This document shows, one piece after another, positions 1-6,884 of a DNA stretch of 10,487 nucleotides; the stretch's first letter is position 1; each line of letters begins with the position of its first letter. This DNA comes from Abditibacteriaceae bacterium (GTDB taxonomy: Bacteria; Armatimonadota; Abditibacteriia; Abditibacteriales; Abditibacteriaceae). The notes under the pieces were generated by a model, which worked only from the letters and a program-made list of their open reading frames with translations, was not told the DNA's origin and did no database searches. The stretch lies in contig JANMKN010000159.1 of NCBI GenBank assembly GCA_031372065.1, positions 1-10,487 on the forward strand. The letters run 5' to 3'. The translations under genes and the position numbers were made by a program.

Positions 1-79
1 AGCGGGCGCCCGCCCAAAGGGGGAGGAACTACGCTCTCAAACGCCTTAACTTAATGCCATTGGGTTGGGGGTTTCCTGC

Positions 80-106
80 GAGCCGCAGCGCGGCTCTTTT
101 ATCTTT
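80..106 (+). terminator. GC-rich hairpin; intrinsic-terminator-like on + strand, or 3' stabilising hairpin for the transglutaminase mRNA
   Basis: GAGCCGC(80-86)-AGC-GCGGCTC(90-96) followed by TTTTATCTTT on +. It lies 8 nt past the TAA of the minus-strand CDS but has no U-tract in that direction. Confidence 0.5.
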
Positions 107-953
107 ACGCCAGAGAAATAGCTTGCGTGGTGTATTGCGGCGGGAGGTTCCGCGTTTGCATGGTGATCTCCATGTCTTGAAATTCTATGCCGCCAAACAT
201 GGTGGCGAACGAAACATCGGCGGCATCGCGTCCGCTGCCAATCAAAACATAGCCGGTTTGCGGTGTCATTCGCGTGGCGTCGAAGAAATACCACGCGCCG
301 CCCCTTTCATTGCCCAAATAGGCTTCAAAACAAGCATGAAAATCCGGCGGATTCAAGCCATAAGCGTAGCCTGAAACAAAACGTGCCGGAACGTTGAGGG
401 CGCGGCACAAAGTTATGCCCAAATGAGCGAAATCGCGACACACACCAGCGCGCTCTGTGATGGTGTCGAAGGCCGATGTGTGCGTGCCGCTGCTGCCGTA
501 TTCGTAAGTTATGTTCTGGTGAATATAATTGCAAATCGCCGTCACGCGCGGGAAGCCCGGCGAAAAGTAGCGGAACTCATTGTTCGCCAAGCGCACCAAG
601 CGGTCACTTTCGCAGTAGCGACTCGGATACAAAAAAGGCACCACGTTAAAGGGCAGCGCCGCCGATTGAATCTCACCAATGGAAGTGACATCTACAAGGC
701 GCGGACGGCTTTCGATCTCGGCGCCGTAATTGACTTCCAGTGGCCCCGATTTGGCATTCACGCGCACAAAACGGTTTTGCGTTGCCGGATCAATCCATTC
801 TTCACACAAAGCGGTGCTCTGCGCGCCTTGCGTGGCGCGAAAGTTTTCGCTGAGAACCTGCTGATTGCCACAATGAATGGCATGGACGTTAAAAATAATG
901 GTGCCCGGCGCGTTTAAAGAGTAACGCAGTCGGCACCCGACAGAAAAATGCAT
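105..953 (-). CDS. Transglutaminase-like (cysteine protease superfamily) protein, 282 aa
   Basis: Triad motifs GVCRDFAH (Cys), PPDFHA (His) and FFDAT (Asp), plus family motifs LYPSRYCESD and GRDAADV. Start moved from 1094 to ATG 953 (AAGGA at 958-962), which avoids overlap with the upstream gene. Confidence 0.92.
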   Translation of the reverse strand: MHFSVGCRLRYSLNAPGTIIFNVHAIHCGNQQVLSENFRATQGAQSTALCEEWIDPATQNRFVRVNAKSGPLEVNYGAEIESRPRLVDVTSIGEIQSAALPFNVVPFLYPSRYCESDRLVRLANNEFRYFSPGFPRVTAICNYIHQNITYEYGSSGTHTSAFDTITERAGVCRDFAHLGITLCRALNVPARFVSGYAYGLNPPDFHACFEAYLGNERGGAWYFFDATRMTPQTGYVLIGSGRDAADVSFATMFGGIEFQDMEITMQTRNLPPQYTTQAISLA

Positions 954-978
954 AAATTCCTTCGCGTAAAATTGAATT

Positions 979-1947
979 TTAGGAGACAGGCGGTGGAAAA
1001 GTGGCCGAGCCGGCATCCGGTGGCGGCGGATTGCCCCCCGGTGGCGGCGGATTTGGGGCCGCTGAAGTCGGCGCCGCGCCAGTGGCCGCCGCATCTTGCG
1101 AACTCGTGGGCGCCCTTGGCGGCTCCGCTGTTTCGCCGGGTTTGAGAGGATTCACGGGCGGATTGGCAGATGGATTTACCGGCGTTGTTGTTTGGTCTAC
1201 GGGAGCCGGTTGCGGCAGCGTTGCGACTTTGGCTTGCCAGAATTGATCAATGGGCGCTTTGAGGGCTTGCCGCACCGTGCCATCGGCGAAGACTACATTG
1301 TTGCCGCGCGAGTGGGCGGGCGGATTTAGCCACATCAGTTGCGTGCCGCTCAGATTTTTTTCGTCGCCCGTTTCAAAAAACGCGATCAGCGAGCCGGAAT
1401 TATTGAGATGAGAAAGCGGTGCCTCGCTCATGCCCAAATTGAAGGCATAACCGATGTGGCCGGGGCGCGACGGGCATTCCAAAGCTTTGCGGTCGGGCAC
1501 ATAACGCAGTAGGAGTGTCGGCCAATCGTCGGCTGTGGGAGCGTGTCCCTCGTTGTCCTGCGCGTAAGCCTGCATCGCCATCGCGAGATTCTTGAGATTG
1601 CTTTGGCATCCGGTGAATTGTGCCCGCTTTTTCAGCGTCAGAAAGATGGGAATCCACACTATAACCAACACGCCAAGGGCAACGCCCAACATTCCCGTGG
1701 AAAGCGTGGGACGCTTTTTAAGAACTGCTGGGATAAAGTCTGTGTCCGGCTCGACGCGAATGCCCGCGATGCGTTCGTGACCGCGATCGGGGTGCAATTC
1801 CAGCCCACAATCGCTGCAATGCTCGGCATCGCTGGGATTATCGGCATTGCAACGCGGACAAATAGTGCGCAATTCGGCGCCGCACTTCTTGCAGTAAGTC
1901 AGTTGCTCTTCGGGAGGATTATTTGTTCCGCAATTGGGGCACCGCAC
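979..1947 (-). CDS. Double zinc ribbon + single TM + DUF1559-like/H-X9-DG pilin-associated domain protein with Pro-rich tail, 322 aa
   Basis: GTG start with GGAG at 1956-1959. Four CxxC pairs (CPNC, CKKC, CPRC, CSDC), TM MLGVALGVLVIVWIPIFL, then CQSNLKNLAMAMQAYAQD, ECPS, YAFN and HSRGNNVVFADG (H-X9-DG). Confidence 0.85.
   Translation of the reverse strand: MRCPNCGTNNPPEEQLTYCKKCGAELRTICPRCNADNPSDAEHCSDCGLELHPDRGHERIAGIRVEPDTDFIPAVLKKRPTLSTGMLGVALGVLVIVWIPIFLTLKKRAQFTGCQSNLKNLAMAMQAYAQDNEGHAPTADDWPTLLLRYVPDRKALECPSRPGHIGYAFNLGMSEAPLSHLNNSGSLIAFFETGDEKNLSGTQLMWLNPPAHSRGNNVVFADGTVRQALKAPIDQFWQAKVATLPQPAPVDQTTTPVNPSANPPVNPLKPGETAEPPRAPTSSQDAAATGAAPTSAAPNPPPPGGNPPPPDAGSATFPPPVS
1017..1053. repeat. 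16-bp direct repeat (CCGGTGGCGGCGGATT x2, 21-nt period) encoding NPPPP units
   Basis: Identical copies at 1017-1032 and 1038-1053. Confidence 0.8.
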
Positions 1948-2065
1948 TGGTCGCTCTCCATTTCTTTCACGTCAGTTTGCACCGGCACTTGTGGCCTATG
2001 TGCAGTTATAAGGCCATGTTAGCGTGCGATAAGCACGCTCGACCTCACATTTACGCTCCTGATTT

Positions 2066-2074
2066 ACCATATCA
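2066..2074 (-). promoter_or_regulatory. Possible extended -10 promoter element for the zinc ribbon/pilin-like gene
   Basis: TGaTATGGT on the minus strand about 120 nt upstream of the GTG; no convincing -35. Confidence 0.25.
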
Positions 2075-2109
2075 GAATTGCTCTTTGCGCGACCTTTGCG
2101 AATTTAATT

Positions 2110-2224
2110 CCTCTCCCCTCCGGGGAGAGGTTAGGTGAGGGGCACGAGGTCGCTTGCGACCTCTTCCGATGCGAGAAACCCCTCACCCCAACCCTCTCCC
2201 CCAACCGCTGCGCTGGGGAGAGGG
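2110..2224. repeat. Composite REP-like palindromic element: two inverted units around a central hairpin
   Basis: CCTCTCCCC-TCC-GGGGAGAGG-TTAGGTGAGGGG (2110-2142); GAGGTCGC-TT-GCGACCTC (2146-2163); CCCCTCACCCCAA-CCCTCTCCCC-13 nt-GGGGAGAGGG (2179-2224). Confidence 0.85.
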
Positions 2225-3571
2225 AGGACTTGCCAAACTGATTCTTAGAATCATAGGCGATGCCGTTCCCAAAGCGCGCTGCAATTGATCGTCGGCATTA
2301 TTCCAATCGAACAAAGCACGCACGCGGTTGCCTTGGGCGCGGGTCAGAGCAGCCAAAGCGTCCAATACCTCGGCATTAGTGCCGCGCCCCGATTCGTAGC
2401 GCAATCCGGCCAGATGATAATTCTCCTGCGCGGCCTTTTGCGCCGCCTCTGCCGTGGCGATGTTCTTTTCGGCGGCTTGCTTTGTCGTCAATGCGGTTTG
2501 CACTTCGCGTTCGATTTGCAAATGGAGGCGTTCTATTTCGGCCTGCGCGCGATTTTGCGCGGCGCGGGCTTCGCTTTCCTGTGCGCGACGCAAACCTCCC
2601 GTCGAAAGCGGAATGCCGATGACCACGCCGGCCATCGCGCCACCCATCGAACTGCTGCGTTGCACTCCCAAATCGCCCATCGCCATCGCCGCGATTTGCG
2701 GGCGATAACTGCCGCGCGTAGCTTGCAGATTCTGTCCCGCGCTGGCGATGCGTTGTTGTGCCGCCTGCAATTCCGGGCGCTGATTTTTGGCTTGAGTCAG
2801 CAGATCGTTCAACTCCGGCGCGCTTTGCGGCGTGAAACTTAACGTATCCGCCACCGTAATTTGCGATTGCGGCGCGAGTCCCAAGGTGGCGCGCAATTGA
2901 ATCAAGGCGATGTCCACATCACGCTGCGCATCGGTAACGTTTTGCGCGGCATCGGCGTCTTCGGCTTCGTCACGCAACACATAAAGCTGCGGAATGCGGC
3001 CCGCTTCCAACGCGGCCCGGTCAATGCGCAGTCGTTCGGTTGTGGACTTCTGGCGTTCCTCGGCCACGCGCCGCATTTCTTGCGCGAGCAGCGCCTGCCG
3101 GTAAATGTTTTTCGTTTCCAACACCAAATCTTGCCGCACCGTTTGCTTGTCAGCTTCCGAGGCACCGCGCGCGGCTTGCGCTTGTTTCACCAATGCCGAA
3201 AGGCGCCCGCCCGTTTTCAGCGGCAACATCAGCATGACGTTCTGCCCGGCAAAGGCGCCGCGCGGGAGCAGCGTGATATTCGTCGGCATGACCGGCGCGG
3301 GCGTGGTCAGAATCGCGCCTTCGCTGCCTGCGGAAAGAAATGTCGTCGCTGAAACTTGCGGCTTCTTCGCCGCTTTTGCCGCCTGCACTTGCGCCTGCGC
3401 CATTTCCACTTCGGCCTGCGCGCCGCGCACAACGGGGCTTTCCCGCAAACCAATTTCAATCGCTTCATTTAGCGTCAACGCGCGATTGATAACCGGGCGC
3501 GTTTCATCGGCTTTTGCGCTCCCTAAGGTCGCGGCAAGCAAGCCGCAAAATACAAAGTTAAATCGTTTCAT
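2183..3571 (-). CDS. TolC-family outer membrane efflux protein, 462 aa
   Basis: Signal peptide MKRFNFVFCGLLAATLGSAKA, LTLNEAIEIGLRESP N-terminal motif, two OEP-like helical halves (LEAGRIPQLYVL; RYESGRGTNAEVLDA). Overlaps the RND gene end by 14 nt. Confidence 0.93.
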   Translation of the reverse strand: MKRFNFVFCGLLAATLGSAKADETRPVINRALTLNEAIEIGLRESPVVRGAQAEVEMAQAQVQAAKAAKKPQVSATTFLSAGSEGAILTTPAPVMPTNITLLPRGAFAGQNVMLMLPLKTGGRLSALVKQAQAARGASEADKQTVRQDLVLETKNIYRQALLAQEMRRVAEERQKSTTERLRIDRAALEAGRIPQLYVLRDEAEDADAAQNVTDAQRDVDIALIQLRATLGLAPQSQITVADTLSFTPQSAPELNDLLTQAKNQRPELQAAQQRIASAGQNLQATRGSYRPQIAAMAMGDLGVQRSSSMGGAMAGVVIGIPLSTGGLRRAQESEARAAQNRAQAEIERLHLQIEREVQTALTTKQAAEKNIATAEAAQKAAQENYHLAGLRYESGRGTNAEVLDALAALTRAQGNRVRALFDWNNADDQLQRALGTASPMILRISLASPPSPQRSGWGRGLG

Positions 3572-6500
3572 GAGTGCCTTCCACTTCGTCCGGCGCCTGC
3601 CATTGCCAATCGCGCTTGAGGAATGTTTTGTTCAGCCAACGGATGAAATCGTCCACATAGGTGTGCATGATGGGAATGTCAATGAGGCTCAAAATTGTGC
3701 CCACCAAAAGGCCGCCCAAAATGGTTGTGCCCAGCGGTTGATAAGCATCGAGGCCGGTTTTCGGAAAAAACGCGACGGGAATCATCACGATAATCGTGAT
3801 AAGGCTGGTCATCAAAATCGGGCGCAAGCGTTGCGGGCAGGCGCGGCGAATCGCTTCATCGCGTGGCACACCTTTATCACGCTGGCGCATGATGTTATCA
3901 ATCATCAAAATCGCTGCCGTGATGTCCATGCCGGTTAAAACAATGATCGCCATGATGGAAACCGTCGAAAACGCTTGTCCTGTCAGCCACAATGCGGTAA
4001 AAACGCCCGCCAATTCCAAAGGCAAACTGGCGATCATTTGCAGCGGCTGCAAGAAGCCGCGAAATTGCGCGACCAGAACTAAATACATGAAAATAATCGC
4101 CAGCAGCAAACCGTAAAGCAGGCGCCGAAACGAATCCATCATCTGCGTCATGTCGCCGCGCATTTCGATGCCATAGCCGGGCGGAAAATTCAGCTTTCCC
4201 ATCGCTTTCATCATCACTTCCATGCCGACATCCATCGAAGGCAAATGCCCTTGCCGGTAGTAGCCCGCGACGCCGATAACACGCCGCAAATTATCGTGTT
4301 CGATGACCGAGGGCGCGTGGCGAAATTCGATGTGTGCCACGCTTTTCAAGGGAATTTGCTGGCCGCTTTTGGTGGTGATGAAGAGGTTTTGCAAGTCTTC
4401 TTCGGTGCGCCGGTCACGCGGTTCATAGCGCAGCGAAATGGTATTTTGCCGCAAGTTCGGCAAGCGATAAAATTCGTCGGTGAGGCCACCACGCAGGGCA
4501 TAATAGGCTTGCCCCGAAATCTCTTCGGGCGTGAGGCCCACTTCCTGTGCGCGGCGCCCGTCCACTTTGATAATGTAATTCGGCACGCCCATCGTCGAAG
4601 TCAAAGCGGGCTGGAAAAAGTTACCCTGAATCGTCGCGTCGGTGCGCGCCAATTCCATTGTTTGCTGACCGAGTTGGTTCAGCACGTTCAAGTCTTTGCC
4701 ATAAATAACCAAGTGAATCGGCGCGGCGGCTGTCGCCATCACATCGCTGCCCATTTCTTTGATTTGCAAGCGCCGCAAGCCCGGAATGGTGGCTTTGGCT
4801 TCGGTTTGGATGGCATCAATCACTTGCCAGATGGTGCGCCCTCTCATTTCCTTGTCGGAAAACGTCAGCATCATGCTGGCGGCAAACGGGCTGGGCATTT
4901 GGTAGCCGGTGAAATACGGATTCCACGACTCCATCATGGTTTCCTGTCCGATTTCCAGCGAAGCGCGTTCGAGTTCGGAATGCTTCAGCATGATTTTTTC
5001 GAGGCGCTGCGCGGCGCGTTCGGTTTCCGAAAACGAGGTGCCCGGTTGCATTTCCATAAAACCGTTTGCTTGCCCCACATCGGCGAGCGGCATCATTTCA
5101 CTGCCGATGAACCAATAAAACGTAAAGCCGATTATCAGCGTTGCCAGCACGCGTGTGAAGTTGGCGAAACGATGCTTTAGCAGCCAACCAATCAAGTGAG
5201 CGTAACGATTTTCAAGTCGCACAAGGCCGCGCTGAAACGGGTCAACAAGCACATAAATCCATTTCAAAAACGGATGTTTTCTGTCGGCGTCGCGGGCACT
5301 TTCGGGGCGCAACCATTTGGCGCAAAGCAGGGCGGTCAGCGTGAAGGAAACTAACATCGAAGCCAACAAAGCGAAGATAATCGGCCACACCAATTCGACG
5401 AACATCAGTTGCGTGATGCCGCCGCAAAAGAGCAGTGGCGACAAGGCCAAAACCAGCATCAGCGTGGACGAAATCACCGCCAAACGCACTTCGGCAATGC
5501 CGTCAATGGTGGCGCTTTTCGGGTCTTTACCGAGGCGCAGATGATGTTCAACCGAGTGAATATCTATGATGGTGTCGTCTACAAGGCGCCCAATGGAAAG
5601 CAAGAGGCCAATCAGCGTGCCGGAATTAAACGTCATGCCAAACGGCACCATTGCGACAATCGCTAAGGCCAGCGAAGCGGGAATGGTAATCAGGCAAATA
5701 AGCGTGCCGCGCCATTCGCCGAGAAAGAATAAAACCGCAAGGCCGCACAGCACAATCGCCACGCCGAGTTCGTGCCAGACGTTTTCAAAAAGAATGTCCA
5801 CAAACTTTTTGTTGTCATAAGCTGCCTCGAATTTGACGCCGGGATTTTCGCGCTCTAAAGCGCGCGCTACTTTCATCACGGCGGGCACCACATAAGCCGA
5901 ACTGGCGCCCGGATTTTGAATAATCGAAACCTCAACGGCGCTTTTACTTTCGCCTTTTGTGCCCGGCTGATGGTTCAAAAAACGATAGGCGCTGCGCCGC
6001 TCCCAATAGCCATCCAGCACGCGCGCCACATCGCGGATATAAAGGACTTTTGGGGATTGAATGTTGGGTGTTGGGGTCTGAGAATTGGTCGTCGCAAGCG
6101 GATAATCCAAAATGTCTTCGGCGCGCAGAGCGCGATTGTCCACGCGCACGATGGCTTCGCGGTCACTGGTGGTGAGATTGCCCGCCGGACGGCTAACATT
6201 CTGTTCATCAAGGGCCTTTTTCACATCAAGAATCGAAAGATTGTAAGCCGCCAATTTTTCGCGGTCAACAATCACTTGCATTTGCCGCCGGAAGCCACCA
6301 AAAGGCACCACAGAATACACATTAGGCACGGTTTTGAGGCGGTTTTGCACTTCGTTGTCGGCAAACTCCCGCAAGCGTGCCGGAGTCCAACCTTGCGCCG
6401 CATCGCCGGTTAAGGCAAACGACAGCACCGGCAAATTTAGAGAATCAATCGGCACCACCCACGATGGCTTTAAGTTGGCGCCTGTAGACGGCAAATTCGC

Positions 6501-6884
6501 CTGCGCGACATTCAAAAGCGCCTGCACATCAAAGATCGCTTTTTTCATGTCGGTGCCATAGGGAAATTCCAGCGCCACGAGCGAAAAACCATCTTGCGAG
6601 GTTGAGCGAATGGTGCGCAAATTCATTACATTCACCATTTGTTCTTCGATGGGTTTCGAGACTTGCAATTCCATTTCTTCGGCGGATAATCCCGGCATCA
6701 TCGTCACCACGCCGACAATCGGGCTTTCCACATAAGGCGCAAAACGGCGCGGCAGAATTGAAGTGACGGCGATGATGGCCAGCACCACCGCCGCGACGTA
6801 AAACGCGATGACAACATAAGGATGTTCGATGCTCCATTGATGAATTAGATGAAGCGGATTGCGTTTGGGCGAGGCCGGTTTCAT
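3558..6884 (-). CDS. RND efflux permease (AcrB/CusA superfamily), Met-rich, probable Cu/Ag exporter, 1108 aa
   Basis: PGLSAEEMELQVSKPIEEQM, TM4 IGRLVDD, RLRPILMTS and typical RND TM layout. Start set at ATG 6884, which forms an ATGA overlap with the MFP stop. Substrate is inferred, not shown. Confidence 0.95.
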   Translation of the reverse strand: MKPASPKRNPLHLIHQWSIEHPYVVIAFYVAAVVLAIIAVTSILPRRFAPYVESPIVGVVTMMPGLSAEEMELQVSKPIEEQMVNVMNLRTIRSTSQDGFSLVALEFPYGTDMKKAIFDVQALLNVAQANLPSTGANLKPSWVVPIDSLNLPVLSFALTGDAAQGWTPARLREFADNEVQNRLKTVPNVYSVVPFGGFRRQMQVIVDREKLAAYNLSILDVKKALDEQNVSRPAGNLTTSDREAIVRVDNRALRAEDILDYPLATTNSQTPTPNIQSPKVLYIRDVARVLDGYWERRSAYRFLNHQPGTKGESKSAVEVSIIQNPGASSAYVVPAVMKVARALERENPGVKFEAAYDNKKFVDILFENVWHELGVAIVLCGLAVLFFLGEWRGTLICLITIPASLALAIVAMVPFGMTFNSGTLIGLLLSIGRLVDDTIIDIHSVEHHLRLGKDPKSATIDGIAEVRLAVISSTLMLVLALSPLLFCGGITQLMFVELVWPIIFALLASMLVSFTLTALLCAKWLRPESARDADRKHPFLKWIYVLVDPFQRGLVRLENRYAHLIGWLLKHRFANFTRVLATLIIGFTFYWFIGSEMMPLADVGQANGFMEMQPGTSFSETERAAQRLEKIMLKHSELERASLEIGQETMMESWNPYFTGYQMPSPFAASMMLTFSDKEMRGRTIWQVIDAIQTEAKATIPGLRRLQIKEMGSDVMATAAAPIHLVIYGKDLNVLNQLGQQTMELARTDATIQGNFFQPALTSTMGVPNYIIKVDGRRAQEVGLTPEEISGQAYYALRGGLTDEFYRLPNLRQNTISLRYEPRDRRTEEDLQNLFITTKSGQQIPLKSVAHIEFRHAPSVIEHDNLRRVIGVAGYYRQGHLPSMDVGMEVMMKAMGKLNFPPGYGIEMRGDMTQMMDSFRRLLYGLLLAIIFMYLVLVAQFRGFLQPLQMIASLPLELAGVFTALWLTGQAFSTVSIMAIIVLTGMDITAAILMIDNIMRQRDKGVPRDEAIRRACPQRLRPILMTSLITIIVMIPVAFFPKTGLDAYQPLGTTILGGLLVGTILSLIDIPIMHTYVDDFIRWLNKTFLKRDWQWQAPDEVEGTHETI
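6047..6088. repeat. Degenerate heptamer tandem array (6 x 7 nt), in frame inside the RND gene
   Basis: + strand CTTTTGG GGATTGA ATGTTGG GTGTTGG GGTCTGA GAATTGG; all units end in TG(G/A). Confidence 0.55.

Noticed and set aside
1..30. Palindrome GCGGGCGCCCGC followed by AAAGGGGGAGG at the window edge
   Set aside because: May be the end of another REP-like unit, but it is truncated and cannot be supported.
954..1094. N-terminal extension of the transglutaminase ORF
   Set aside because: Arg-rich off-frame reading of the upstream gene's Pro-rich tail; an SD precedes ATG 953.
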